DNA from: a bacterium
GTDB lineage: Bacteria; Verrucomicrobiota; Kiritimatiellia; CAIKKV01; CAITUY01
Direction of reading: 5' to 3'
Length of the DNA stretch: 64,000 nucleotides
NCBI GenBank assembly: GCA_037134355.1
Contig: JBAXMJ010000003.1
Location: forward strand, 3,497 to 67,496
Shown here: piece after piece, positions 38,099 to 48,529 of the stretch
How positions within the stretch are numbered: the first letter of the stretch is position 1
How the letters are laid out: every line of letters begins with the position of its first letter
The notes under the pieces: model-generated
Databases searched by the model: none
What the model was told of the DNA's origin: nothing
Seen by the model: only the letters and a program-made list of their open reading frames with translations
Made by a program: the position numbers and the translations under genes

Positions 38099-39844
38099 CT
38101 ATTCTCCGCCCGTCATTTCCATGGCCGACTCCAGCGAGGTCAGCCCCTCCCTGACTTTTTGCAATCCGGCCTCCTTGAGGGTAATCATGCCGTTGGCACA
38201 CGCCGCCTCCCGGATTTCCCCACTGGTCGCGCCCTTCATGATCAATTCCTTGATGTTATCCAGAACCGGAAGCACCTCCATGATCGCGCCCCGCCCCTTA
38301 AACCCCGTATGATTGCATTTCGGGCAACCCACCGCCTTGTAAACCGGAACATACCCTGTATTGTTTTCACCGGCTTTAAAAAAATACGCGGGGTCGATTT
38401 TGTTTGCCACCAGCACATCCACGGGCAGTTCAATCTGCTGGCGGCACACCGTGCAAAGCTTCCGGTAAAGGCGCTGAGCCTGGGACAACACCAGGGACGA
38501 GGACAGCAGGAAGGGCGGAATCCCCATGTCAATCAACCGGGCAATGGCACCGGCGGCATCATTGGTGTGCAGCGTGCTCAACACCAAATGTCCGGTCAGC
38601 GCGGCCTTCACGGCAATTTCGGCAGTTTCACCATCGCGAATTTCACCCACCAGCACAATGTCGGGATCCTGCCGGAGAATGGATCGGAGCGCTGCTGAAA
38701 ACGTCAGGCCAACTCCCGCATTAACCTGGATCTGGTTGATCCCGACCAACTGATATTCCACGGGATCCTCACAGGTCACGATGTTGACATCAGGCTTGTT
38801 CAACTCCTGGAGGCAGGAATACAGAGTGGTCGTCTTTCCGCTTCCGGTCGGCCCTGTCACCAGAATAATCCCATGCGGCTGGCTGATAGCATAGGACATG
38901 GCCTTGAAGGCGTGCGCCTCCAGACCCAGCCCGCTCAGGCTGGGGAACAGCGCGCTTTTGTCCAGTACGCGCATCACTACTTTTTCCCCGTGAATGGAGG
39001 GCAGGATGCTGACGCGGATATCCACTTCCTTCCCAAGCGCCTTGATCCTGAAGCGGCCATCCTGCGGAACTCGCCGCTCGGCGATATCCATGTCGGACAT
39101 GATCTTAATGCGGGAGATGATGGCCGGCTGGTAGCTTTTAGGAGGACTCGGCCGTTCCGACAGGGATCCATCAACCCGGTACCGGATCCGGAGGGTTTTT
39201 TCCTGGGGCTCAATGTGGATGTCACTGGCCCGGGTTCGCAAAGCCTCCACCAGCATCATATTCACCATGCGGATAACCGGAGCGCCCTCCGCGCTCTCCA
39301 TCATCTCCTCAAGACTGAGCTCCTGTTTTTCCTCTTTTCCGACCTGAATATCATTGTCGGAATCCTTCATGATGTCTTCGAGATCAATCTGGGACTCCGC
39401 CTCAATCGGTGCAAGGGCCTTTGCCAGGGAATCCTGCAGATCCTTTTCAGAAGCAACCAACGGCAGGATCTGCAACCCGGTGATGGCATGAAGTTCGTCA
39501 ATCGCCAGAATGTCGAAGGGATCGCCCAGCGCTACAACTAACGAACCACCCGCCTTCATCATGGGGAGCACCAGCCGCTTCCGGAGCAGATCAGCAGGAA
39601 TCATGTCCAACAACTGAGGATTCGGTGTAAAATGAGACAGGGTGATGGGCGCCATACGGAGGTATTCCGCCAGACTGAGGGTCGCCTCCACAGGAGTGAT
39701 TAGCGCATTGTCGAGCAGGTATTTTTCAAGCCTGAGAGAGGCCTGCTGGGCACGCTCCTGAGCCTGCTTCAATCCGTCCGCCGTAATGGCACCACGCCGG
39801 ATCAGAATATCCGAAATTCTTGAACTCTGGGAAAGGGTCGTCAT
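38099..39844 (-). CDS. pilB: Type IV pilus assembly / T2SS ATPase (PilB/GspE family)
   Basis: N-terminal T2SSE_N domain, Walker A GPTGSGKTTTLYS, Asp/His boxes, tetracysteine CTVCRQQ...CPKCNHTG. Confidence 0.88.
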   Translation of the reverse strand: MTTLSQSSRISDILIRRGAITADGLKQAQERAQQASLRLEKYLLDNALITPVEATLSLAEYLRMAPITLSHFTPNPQLLDMIPADLLRKRLVLPMMKAGGSLVVALGDPFDILAIDELHAITGLQILPLVASEKDLQDSLAKALAPIEAESQIDLEDIMKDSDNDIQVGKEEKQELSLEEMMESAEGAPVIRMVNMMLVEALRTRASDIHIEPQEKTLRIRYRVDGSLSERPSPPKSYQPAIISRIKIMSDMDIAERRVPQDGRFRIKALGKEVDIRVSILPSIHGEKVVMRVLDKSALFPSLSGLGLEAHAFKAMSYAISQPHGIILVTGPTGSGKTTTLYSCLQELNKPDVNIVTCEDPVEYQLVGINQIQVNAGVGLTFSAALRSILRQDPDIVLVGEIRDGETAEIAVKAALTGHLVLSTLHTNDAAGAIARLIDMGIPPFLLSSSLVLSQAQRLYRKLCTVCRQQIELPVDVLVANKIDPAYFFKAGENNTGYVPVYKAVGCPKCNHTGFKGRGAIMEVLPVLDNIKELIMKGATSGEIREAACANGMITLKEAGLQKVREGLTSLESAMEMTGGE

Positions 39845-39898
39845 AAAACAGCCCCACTTCTAGGCGAACTCCGGACAAGAGTCAAGAGGTCACACCCC

Positions 39899-40177
39899 TC
39901 AATAGACATCGCGGGTATCCACCGCATCACGCGGGACCCCCTGGGCCCACTTCGCCGCACGCCGCCGAGCCCGCCAATAAAAGAATAAGCCCAGGATCGG
40001 AACGAACACCGTATTCAGCAACGCCAGAAGGGTCAAATCCCGGGGCAGATCAGCCAGAATCGCAAGTCGTTCTGGCATGACCACCATCACCATCGGATAA
40101 ACCGCAATGAACACAACCGGGACCACAACCATGACACAGACCATTCCCCGGACATAATCCGAAAACTTCACTGTCAT
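39899..40177 (-). CDS. Small hydrophobic membrane protein (2 TM), hypothetical
   Basis: 92 aa with two hydrophobic segments and a basic C-terminus. Confidence 0.35.
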   Translation of the reverse strand: MTVKFSDYVRGMVCVMVVVPVVFIAVYPMVMVVMPERLAILADLPRDLTLLALLNTVFVPILGLFFYWRARRRAAKWAQGVPRDAVDTRDVY

Positions 40178-40206
40178 AAGAGTTCCCTCCCTATTTCTGT
40201 TGTCCT

Positions 40207-40971
40207 TTACGCACCATGAGGCGGCAACGCCCCGTTTTCATTTAGATATTCAAGAACCTCTTCAGGAAGAGGCCCCTTCCCGGACCACAAAATCTTCCGC
40301 ATGACCGATGTCGTTGAATCCGGACTGCCGATCCTGAACACTAAAGGGGTACCTTGTAAAATAATGCAGGAGGGAAACGCGCCTCCGTGCATCTGGATAT
40401 ACTTGTCCAGTTTTGGCGGAATGGGGCCAAGGCCGTTGTACTGGATATACTCCCCGCACACCTGATATAGCCGCTCCGGGTTCTTCGGCTCAACCTTGAC
40501 TGACGCCACCACATCCTTCCGTTTCGAGAGACTGCTTTTCTCCGACCGGTTTTTTCCGTACACCGCCCAGACAAACCCGACCTCGGTCAACTTCTTGACC
40601 CGCTCGGCGGATAATGTGCCCATTTTTTTACGGTGCCGCTGGTTCGCCACCCAGTTCGCGAGATTGGGATCCGCCGGACAGGAGGAGGGCACGTCGCAGT
40701 CCCCGTGTTTCTTCTTGTACTTGAGGAGACGCTGAAACATTTCGTCCCAGACTTTTTCGGCGGGTGCCCAGACAAACCCGATCTGATCCAGGCGAGCCAC
40801 CAGGCTTTTTTGCAATTCGCCCATCTTGTGCCTGTAGCGCTGCATCGCCACCCAGCGCCCGAGCTGCAGATTCAGCTTCCAATTCGCCGGAACATGACAA
40901 TGCCCCCGCTCCTTCTTGAAAGCCTCAAGAATGCTGAACATGTCTTCCCAGTTCATGCCTTGTCGCGCCAT
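40207..40971 (-). CDS. Helicase-associated (HA) domain repeat protein (three HA repeats, no helicase)
   Basis: Three repeats of W-x-x-x-F-x-x-L-x-x-[FY]-x-x-x-x-G-H-C-x-V-P...L-[GA]-x-W-V-x-x-Q-R...L...[RK]...L...[IV]-G-F-[VE]-W. Confidence 0.6.
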   Translation of the reverse strand: MARQGMNWEDMFSILEAFKKERGHCHVPANWKLNLQLGRWVAMQRYRHKMGELQKSLVARLDQIGFVWAPAEKVWDEMFQRLLKYKKKHGDCDVPSSCPADPNLANWVANQRHRKKMGTLSAERVKKLTEVGFVWAVYGKNRSEKSSLSKRKDVVASVKVEPKNPERLYQVCGEYIQYNGLGPIPPKLDKYIQMHGGAFPSCIILQGTPLVFRIGSPDSTTSVMRKILWSGKGPLPEEVLEYLNENGALPPHGA

Positions 40972-41101
40972 GACACATCCTCGCTGTTATTCGGGAAACT
41001 CCGACACACATTTCTCACGTGTTGTCATTCTGTCACGCGAGATTGGCTTCTGACAACTTCTTTTATGAATCACGGGGTCGACGAAAAAAAACAACGATGC
41101 C

Positions 41102-41947
41102 TTAAAGCGAACGGACTCTGTGGGCCTCCTTGATGGCCGCATCAATATCACCCTCGGTAAAACGATCGGTAAGCTTTTTTATCAATTTCCCCTGTGCGCT
41201 ATAAACCCAGAACTGAGGAAGACCCTGAATGTTCTGCGCTACCAAGATGGGGGCCTTAAAATCCTGAACAACCACCCTCAGAAGCACCACGCGATTCGAC
41301 CTTTTGGAGGCCAGCGCCTGAATATAATTTCCCTCCCGAACACTGGCCAGAGACCGGGGATGATGGAATTGCACAACATTGACAAACCCCCTTTTCAAAG
41401 CGGCATCAATGTTAACCTCCTCGCCCCGGCTGATTACCGTGGAGCGATCTTCTTCTACTTCCCGCCACTTGTCCGCGCGTTGCCAGCTTCTGGGCTTGGG
41501 CGCCTCCTCCATGTCAGGGCGAGGCGACGCCGGGTCACTGACATTTGTCTCGGTTTGCGGGGGCCGATCCGGATCGGCCGGGGCTATGCACTGCATGGTC
41601 TTGAGGAACATTACCGGCTCGGCGAGCGTCTGTTGGTTTTTTCTAAGTCGCAGGGTGTTCTGATCGAACTGGATGAACTCTGCGGAATCATACTGCTTCA
41701 TGGAAAATTTCACAGAAACCTTGAGCGGGGCATCTGGAACAATAGTTTTGATATCCAGGGGATATCCCGAATAGGTCGAGCCATCAGCCGTCGCAAACGT
41801 AAACTTACGCTCTGAAAACCCCGTCAAGCGACCCTTCATAGTCTGCCCGTTTTGAAGCGTCAGGGTATCGGCCCCGGCAAGCGACACCAGCAGCATCGAA
41901 AAAATAAACGCTACGGCCCGATTCATCATACACCTCATTATTCCCAC
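41102..41947 (-). CDS. Secreted protein with a C-terminal thioredoxin-like fold lacking CxxC
   Basis: Signal peptide. The C-terminus [11 protein letters not shown]...[14 protein letters not shown] follows the thioredoxin beta-alpha-beta pattern, with HHPRS where WCGPC would be. Confidence 0.35.
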   Translation of the reverse strand: MGIMRCMMNRAVAFIFSMLLVSLAGADTLTLQNGQTMKGRLTGFSERKFTFATADGSTYSGYPLDIKTIVPDAPLKVSVKFSMKQYDSAEFIQFDQNTLRLRKNQQTLAEPVMFLKTMQCIAPADPDRPPQTETNVSDPASPRPDMEEAPKPRSWQRADKWREVEEDRSTVISRGEEVNIDAALKRGFVNVVQFHHPRSLASVREGNYIQALASKRSNRVVLLRVVVQDFKAPILVAQNIQGLPQFWVYSAQGKLIKKLTDRFTEGDIDAAIKEAHRVRSL

Positions 41948-43482
41948 TCAATGGTTGCTGGCGGCTTTGAACTGATATCATACACCACGCGGTTGATCCC
42001 CGAGACTTCATTGATGATCCGGGTCGACATCCTGGCCAGAGTGTCGTACGCAACCCGGGACCAATCCGCCGTCATCCCGTCCTGACTCTCCACAATACGG
42101 ATCGCAGCAACATTTTCATAGGTCCGGCTGTCCCCCATGACCCCTACCGTTTGGATGGGAAGCAGTACGGCAAAGGACTGCCAGATTTTCGAATACATGG
42201 GGTCTTTCAGCATTTCCTCCTGGACCCGCAGATCCGCCTTCTGCAACAGGGCCACGCGCTCCGCCGTCACTTCTCCTAAAATCCTGACAGCCAGCCCGGG
42301 TCCCGGAAACGGCTGACGGTTGACCAGGTAATCCGGCAACCCAAGCTCCCGTCCCAGCAGACGCACCTCATCCTTGAAAAGCTCGCGCACCGGCTCAATC
42401 AGCTTGAACTTGAGATCCGCCGGCAACCCCCCCACATTATGATGACTTTTAATAGTAACGGAGGGCCCCCCGATCGGCGATGCGCTTTCAATGACATCCG
42501 GATACAAAGTTCCTTGCGCCAGGTAATCCACCCGTCCAAATTTTCGCGCCTCTTCAGAGAACACATCAATAAAGGTTTTTCCGATAGCCTTGCGCTTCAA
42601 CTCGGGATCCACCACGCCCTTCAGCGCCGCAAGGAATTGCTCCTGGGCGTGCGCCACATGCAGGTCAACTCCAAAGGCCCTGCCGAACAATTCCTCAACC
42701 TGTTTTGCCTCACCCGCCCGGCACAGGCCGTTATCCACAAAGACACAATGCAATTGCTTGCCGATGGCACGATACAGCAGAGCGGCCACCACTGAGGAGT
42801 CCACGCCGCCACTCAGGCCGCACAGGACATGCCCCTCGCCCACCTTTTCGCGAATCGCCACAACACTCTCTTTGATGAATTGAGACATTTCCCAATCCGG
42901 TCGACATTTACAAACATCAAACAGGAACCGAGACAGGATCGTTGTGCCTTGAGGGGTATGAACGACCTCGGGGTGGAATTGCAACCCATAGATGCGGCGG
43001 GCGGGATTGCCCATGGCGGCCACTGGACAGGTCTCCGTGCGGGCCATGACTGAGAATCCCTCCGGCATCCGCTCCACCTGGTCGCCATGACTCATCCAGA
43101 CATCCAGTTCGGGGGGCAGATCCCGAAACAGAGGGAACGGCTCCACCACAGACACCCGGGCACTTCCATATTCACGTTCACGTCCCGGCTTGACGCCGCC
43201 ATTCAACAATTTGGCGGTCATCTGAAGCCCGTAGCAAATGCCCAGCACCGGAACCCCAAGGTCATAAATGGCGGGATCGCACAGGGGAGATCCCTTGTCA
43301 AGCACACTGGCTGGCCCGCCGGACAGAATGATTCCTGCAGGTTTTCGCGCCGCCAGCTCGGCCGCCGTGGTATTGAATTTCAGAAGCTCCGAATACACCC
43401 GCTGTTCGCGAACCCGTCTCGCAATCAACTGGCTGTACTGGGAACCAAAATCAAGAATCGCTATCCAATTATGACCCTGCAT
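41938..43482 (-). CDS. guaA: GMP synthase (glutamine-hydrolysing)
   Basis: [20 protein letters not shown] GATase N-terminus, the ATP-PPase SGGVDSSV motif, and a C-terminal dimerisation domain ending PPATIEWE. Confidence 0.92.
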   Translation of the reverse strand: MQGHNWIAILDFGSQYSQLIARRVREQRVYSELLKFNTTAAELAARKPAGIILSGGPASVLDKGSPLCDPAIYDLGVPVLGICYGLQMTAKLLNGGVKPGREREYGSARVSVVEPFPLFRDLPPELDVWMSHGDQVERMPEGFSVMARTETCPVAAMGNPARRIYGLQFHPEVVHTPQGTTILSRFLFDVCKCRPDWEMSQFIKESVVAIREKVGEGHVLCGLSGGVDSSVVAALLYRAIGKQLHCVFVDNGLCRAGEAKQVEELFGRAFGVDLHVAHAQEQFLAALKGVVDPELKRKAIGKTFIDVFSEEARKFGRVDYLAQGTLYPDVIESASPIGGPSVTIKSHHNVGGLPADLKFKLIEPVRELFKDEVRLLGRELGLPDYLVNRQPFPGPGLAVRILGEVTAERVALLQKADLRVQEEMLKDPMYSKIWQSFAVLLPIQTVGVMGDSRTYENVAAIRIVESQDGMTADWSRVAYDTLARMSTRIINEVSGINRVVYDISSKPPATIEWE

Positions 43483-43487
43483 AAATC

Positions 43488-44684
43488 TTACGCCTTTCGA
43501 ATCAGTTCGCGGAATTGGGCAAACAGGTAATAGGGATCGTGGGGACCCGGCGACGATTCCGGATGGTACTGGACACTGAACATCGGTTCCTTTCGATGAG
43601 AAAGGCCTTCAACGGTCTGATCATTGAGATTGAGATGCGTGACCTCGACCGCGTCCGAGTCCAGGGAGGCGGGATCCACCGCAAAATTATGGTTCTGCGA
43701 AGTGATCTCCACCGCGCCGGTTCGCAGGTTTTTCACTGGATGATTGCACCCATGATGACCGAATTTGAGGCGATAGGTTTTTCCGCCGCAGGCCAAACCC
43801 AGGATCTGGTGCCCAAGGCAAATCCCCATCATCGGCACCTTGCCCAGCAATGAACGGGCCGCCTCAATAGCATAGGTTACCGCCGCAGGATCTGCCGGAC
43901 CATTGGAAAGAAAAACCCCGTCGGGCTTGAGCTTCAGCACATCGGCCGCAGGGGTTTTTGCGGGCACCACCGTGACATCCATTCCCGTCCGGCGCAAACA
44001 GCGAAGAATGTTCCACTTGATGCCGAAATCGTAGGCTACGATCTTTAGATCGGTTTTCGGAAGGGATTCAGCAATGCCCCAAGACCGGGTTATCGCGCCA
44101 TCCGGATCCCAGGGATATGAGACTTTGCAGGACACTTTGGCAGCATAATCCTGGCCATCAAGCCCGCACCAGTCGCGGGCTTTCTGCACCGCCTCAGCCT
44201 CTCCAATAAGCCCCGTCACACTCATGAACCCCCGCTGGGTCCCCTCAGTCCGCAATCGTGCCGTCAGGGAGCGGGTATCCACTCCTGCGATCGCGGGAAT
44301 AGACCATTTCACGAGGTACTCCGTGAGGGACCCGTCCGCACGCCAGTTGCTCGGGGTATTCATCTCATGAAGAATAAACCCGCTCGCAAAAAGCCGGAGA
44401 CTTTCCATATCGGCCTGGTTCATGCCGGTATTCCCGATTTCAGGGCAGGTCATGGTGACAAACTGCCCGCAGTAGGACGGGTCGCTCAGGATTTCCTGAT
44501 AGCCGGCCATGCCGGTATTGAAAACCACCTCGCCCAATCCATCGACTGCAGCGCCGACCGAATGCCCCCGCAAAATGGTTCCATCCTGCAACGCCAGAAA
44601 CGCGCGGCGAGCCCGTTGTTCACTCCAATTCCATTTCAACGCCATAACCAATTCCTTCCGATCCAGACAAAAAAGTTGGAACAC
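43488..44684 (-). CDS. carA: Carbamoyl-phosphate synthase small subunit
   Basis: [31 protein letters not shown] contains the GATase catalytic Cys/His. 398 aa. Confidence 0.9.
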   Translation of the reverse strand: MFQLFCLDRKELVMALKWNWSEQRARRAFLALQDGTILRGHSVGAAVDGLGEVVFNTGMAGYQEILSDPSYCGQFVTMTCPEIGNTGMNQADMESLRLFASGFILHEMNTPSNWRADGSLTEYLVKWSIPAIAGVDTRSLTARLRTEGTQRGFMSVTGLIGEAEAVQKARDWCGLDGQDYAAKVSCKVSYPWDPDGAITRSWGIAESLPKTDLKIVAYDFGIKWNILRCLRRTGMDVTVVPAKTPAADVLKLKPDGVFLSNGPADPAAVTYAIEAARSLLGKVPMMGICLGHQILGLACGGKTYRLKFGHHGCNHPVKNLRTGAVEITSQNHNFAVDPASLDSDAVEVTHLNLNDQTVEGLSHRKEPMFSVQYHPESSPGPHDPYYLFAQFRELIRKA

Positions 44685-44740
44685 TCTAGCGATTCCGTTT
44701 CACCTTGGCAACGGCGAGGGAGAAAAAACTCCCACCCTCC

Positions 44741-46180
44741 CTATCGAATCTCCCGCTCCATCCCGAATAGAACGATCCGCAAGGTTCGCAGAATAATGCG
44801 AATATCGAGGGCGATGGAGAGGTTCTGGAGATAATACAGGTCAAACTCAAGCTTGGCCCGGCTGTCTTCCATGGTGGCGCCATACGGATAACGGATCTGA
44901 GCCCAACCGGTAAGCCCAGGGGGGATATTTTCACGCTCCCGGTAATACGGGATCAACTTTTCCAGTTTTTCCACCAGCTCAGGCCGCTCCGGGCGGGGTC
45001 CCACCAGACTCATATCGCCTTCGAATATATTCCATAATTGGGGCACTTCATCCAGCCGGTACTTCCGAAGAAAACGGCCCACCCGGGTCACCCGCGGATC
45101 ATTCTTGATCGACCATACCGCACCCTGCTCCGCTTCCGCACCCTCTTTCATGGTGCGGAATTTATGGATCCGGAAAACCCGCCCGAACCGACCCATCCGC
45201 TCCTGGGAATAAAACACCGGCGCCCGAATCGCCGTCAGTTTCACCACCAGCGCGATCAGAGTCGCGAGCACGACGGCCAGCGGAGACACCAGCAACACCA
45301 GCCCGACATCCATCATCCGCTTGAACCGCATGGTCATCGGCGAAATAAAGCCCTGACTGGCATTCATCAGCCACTGCTCATCCACTAGATTCAGCGGCAC
45401 TTTCCCCCCATACACCTCGGCCACATTCAGCTGTGACAGCACGGATACTCCTTCAAATCGAAGCCGTCGCAACTGGGCATAAACACCCGCCAGCTCCTCA
45501 TCCCGTTCCACCGCGATCAGCATGACATCACAGGCCAATGACCGGACAGTGGCGGCCACATGCGAGGGGGCACAATGAATCACGGAGGGGCTACCAGCCA
45601 TTCCATCGCCTGAGTCAGACATCTGGATCGGGGAAGACGCCAAAGCTTGATCCACTTGAATCATGGCCACCACCTTGTGCCGCGGCCTTAAATTGACATT
45701 CTGAACCAGGACGAGATCAGCCCGGGCACGGGCTCCCATGCCCAGAATCGCCACCCGATAAGCCAGCACATCCTGCTTAAAAAAGTAGTGGTAGATCAAT
45801 AGCCGGATCATCAGCCACAACACCGAATAAACCGCCAGCGCCAGAAACAGAACGCCGCGTCCCAGAACAGCGCTAAACCACGCATAGGAGGTGATGCTGA
45901 CCACCAGAATGGCCACCGTCATCGAAAACGCCCAGTTGACCATCATGTTGAACCGGGACGACTTGAGCTCCAGTCCGTAGGCGCCGGTCACATAGTTGGA
46001 TGCCTGAACCGCCAGCACGATATAAACCCAGCCTGGGAGCGTCTCAAGGAAATAGACCCCCATCGTCTCCACGCCGATGCGGATATCTATCCCGACAATC
46101 ACTCCGCACAGAAGGCATAATGCATCGAGCGTTGCCAGCAAGAACACCTGTTGGTGCAAATAACTGCGTTGTGAACTCAT
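44741..46180 (-). CDS. Polyprenyl-phosphate hexose-1-phosphate transferase (WbaP/EpsB-like priming sugar transferase)
   Basis: The C-terminal Bac_transf domain DEVPQLWNIFEGDMSLVGPRPERPE is preceded by multiple TMs and a central Rossmann-like region. Confidence 0.85.
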   Translation of the reverse strand: MSSQRSYLHQQVFLLATLDALCLLCGVIVGIDIRIGVETMGVYFLETLPGWVYIVLAVQASNYVTGAYGLELKSSRFNMMVNWAFSMTVAILVVSITSYAWFSAVLGRGVLFLALAVYSVLWLMIRLLIYHYFFKQDVLAYRVAILGMGARARADLVLVQNVNLRPRHKVVAMIQVDQALASSPIQMSDSGDGMAGSPSVIHCAPSHVAATVRSLACDVMLIAVERDEELAGVYAQLRRLRFEGVSVLSQLNVAEVYGGKVPLNLVDEQWLMNASQGFISPMTMRFKRMMDVGLVLLVSPLAVVLATLIALVVKLTAIRAPVFYSQERMGRFGRVFRIHKFRTMKEGAEAEQGAVWSIKNDPRVTRVGRFLRKYRLDEVPQLWNIFEGDMSLVGPRPERPELVEKLEKLIPYYRERENIPPGLTGWAQIRYPYGATMEDSRAKLEFDLYYLQNLSIALDIRIILRTLRIVLFGMEREIR

Positions 46181-46182
46181 GT

Positions 46183-48465
46183 TTATTCAGACGGGAGAAA
46201 TGTCTTTTTAAACCATCTCGACAGGGTGCGCCGCATATTACCCAGGGGACTCATAGGTGTGCGCCGGCCGTGTTCATCATACAGATCATAGTTATAGCCG
46301 TATCGATAGGCATAGCTGTAATAGGCATAATTCGGATATTGGTAGGCGTAATAAAGGCTACTGATGCGGTGCATATCAATGCTGTTCACAATCATGCCGA
46401 TAATGTGAACATCCCCCAGCATGTCGAGGGAGTATTTGATAGTCGGCTTGGAAGTGCGATTGGCGTGCGCCACATACACCACGCAGACTAGGGGGCACCC
46501 CGCCAGAATTACCGTATCTGTGACGCGCAGTACAGGCGCCGTGTCCATAAAGATATAGTCATACTGCTCCAGAAGCGGCGCCAGGAACTCCTCGAGATCA
46601 ACGGAATGAAGCAACTCGGAAGTGTTTTTGTCGATCGACCCGGCCGGCGCGAACCAGAGATTCTCGTGGGAGGTTGTCACGATCACATCGGTCAGCGGTC
46701 GTTTCTCCTTGAGTACATCCACAATGCCCGGCGCGCGCTCCCGTTCAAAGGATTTGTGCAGGAGACCGCGACGCAGATCCATGTCCAGCAACAGTACTTT
46801 TTTTCCGGTCTTGGCAATCATGATCGAAAGGTTCAGCGCGGTTAGCGTCTTGCCTTCCTTGGAGTCCGCGCTGGTGATTATCACCACTTTCTTACCGGCC
46901 TTCTCTACAGCGGATAACACATTGGTCCGGAGCGCCCGGTAGGCTTCCGCTGCACCAGACCGGTGTTCGTCACTCACGATCGGCCGCACCCGATTGGCAA
47001 GGTCGCCATGAACCCAGAATGGAACCCCGCCAAGAAAGGGAACCCCTACGGCTGACTCAACGTCCAGAACCGACTGAACCTTATCGTCAAAGAAATAGGC
47101 CACCATGGCCAGACCCAGGCCTGAACCGATCCCCGCCACCAGCACGGCGATCAGGATTTTAAACGGATCCGGCCAGACGGTTTTCTCGTCCGTTTTGACC
47201 GGCTGGACAACGATAAAATGCTCCCCTTTTATTTCCTGGTCCACCTTCATATCGCTCAGCTTGATCTGCAACTGGGCATGCATCATTTCAAGCCGGGTCA
47301 CCGCAGACTGCAACTGCCGGAGCTCAGAGGTTTTCTTACTTGCCATCAAGTAGGAACTGCGCCACCGCCGCTGGGCCTCGTCCAGCGCATCCAATTGGTA
47401 GGAGATGGCGGCCACCCGCTCCTGAACCTTCGAGTATTGGAGATCCGTTTGAAGATCAATATCTTTATGGAAAGCGGCTATTTCATCATCCAGAGCCCGC
47501 AATTTCGGATTCCCAGGCTGGGTGTAAACCGCCAACTCCTTCCGCTGCTGCTCCAAGCGGGCCAGCTTAAGACGGGCGTCCTGCCAGCTCTTCCCGTCAT
47601 CCAATTCAGCCGCCGTTTTCTCGGACTCCTTGACGCCCGCTGCTCCCTCAGCCGAATTCGTCGACGCTGTCGGGGGCGCAATCGCCCCCGTTGTCTTGGT
47701 CATGGCAAGAGCCGATTGGATCAACTCCATCGACTGCCCCTTCAGCTTCGGATACTGCACCTCCAGCATCCATTTCTCCGTGCTGAGCTGCTGTTGCCGG
47801 CCCACGAGTTGATTTAGATATCCTAATTCAAGGCTTCCCTTGGCCTGGACATATTCCATCTGGTTCACGCGCTGAAATTCAATCACATCATCCTCGGCTG
47901 AGCGGATCTGATCCCGCAATCGGATCAATTCCTCATCCAGAATCCGGGTGGCCGAACCATAGGATTGCTGCTTGATCAAGGCGCGCTGGATCTGGAATTC
48001 CCGAACGGCCTCCCTGAGAAAGGCCCGGGCATAGGCAGGATGGGCATTGCGCACATCCAATCGCATGGTAATGCCGGCTTCCGCTCGTCCCGTCCGGGCC
48101 CGCCCGCCGCCAGACACCTTGAAATTCGGAAGCAACTCATCGACATTGCCACCCAACCGCTTCAACCAGCGGGACGCCAGACGCTCCACAATGCGCTTTT
48201 GAAACCCTTCGCTTTCCAGAAGATCGACATGGGTTTGACTTTCTGTCCAGCGATAATTCTGGGAATCGATCTGGGTCGAGGGATCCCGATAGATCATGAT
48301 GGCGGCAGAGGTCGCATATTGCTTCGGGGCGAATTGGAGATACAGCACCCCGCCCAATAGACAGTAGAGGAAACAAATGACGATCAACTTCCATCGGAAA
48401 ACAAGGATCCCCAGATAGATCCGAGGGTCAACCTTTTTTTGCTCAAAACTATCAGGTGTCGCCAT
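46183..48465 (-). CDS. wzc: Polysaccharide co-polymerase / BY-kinase (Wzc-like) with a C-terminal tyrosine-rich tail
   Basis: Periplasmic Wzz-like coiled-coil domain, Walker A ITSADSKEGKTLTALNL, Walker B VLLLDMD, and a C-terminal YYAYQYPNYAYYSYAYRYGYNYDLY tail. Start set at internal Met34 to avoid overlap; the ORF extends to 48564. Confidence 0.85.
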   Translation of the reverse strand: MATPDSFEQKKVDPRIYLGILVFRWKLIVICFLYCLLGGVLYLQFAPKQYATSAAIMIYRDPSTQIDSQNYRWTESQTHVDLLESEGFQKRIVERLASRWLKRLGGNVDELLPNFKVSGGGRARTGRAEAGITMRLDVRNAHPAYARAFLREAVREFQIQRALIKQQSYGSATRILDEELIRLRDQIRSAEDDVIEFQRVNQMEYVQAKGSLELGYLNQLVGRQQQLSTEKWMLEVQYPKLKGQSMELIQSALAMTKTTGAIAPPTASTNSAEGAAGVKESEKTAAELDDGKSWQDARLKLARLEQQRKELAVYTQPGNPKLRALDDEIAAFHKDIDLQTDLQYSKVQERVAAISYQLDALDEAQRRWRSSYLMASKKTSELRQLQSAVTRLEMMHAQLQIKLSDMKVDQEIKGEHFIVVQPVKTDEKTVWPDPFKILIAVLVAGIGSGLGLAMVAYFFDDKVQSVLDVESAVGVPFLGGVPFWVHGDLANRVRPIVSDEHRSGAAEAYRALRTNVLSAVEKAGKKVVIITSADSKEGKTLTALNLSIMIAKTGKKVLLLDMDLRRGLLHKSFERERAPGIVDVLKEKRPLTDVIVTTSHENLWFAPAGSIDKNTSELLHSVDLEEFLAPLLEQYDYIFMDTAPVLRVTDTVILAGCPLVCVVYVAHANRTSKPTIKYSLDMLGDVHIIGMIVNSIDMHRISSLYYAYQYPNYAYYSYAYRYGYNYDLYDEHGRRTPMSPLGNMRRTLSRWFKKTFLPSE

Positions 48466-48529
48466 AAAGAGTATGTTCTCCGTAGGGTCAAGACTAGCTT
48501 TTCTACCCCTGAGATGGCGAATTAAAAAA

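Noticed and set aside
39899-40177. The small membrane protein next to pilB, considered as a pilin or pseudopilin.
   Set aside because: It lacks the class III signal peptide (G/FTLIE motif). The hydrophobic pattern is two TM helices, not a single N-terminal pilin helix.
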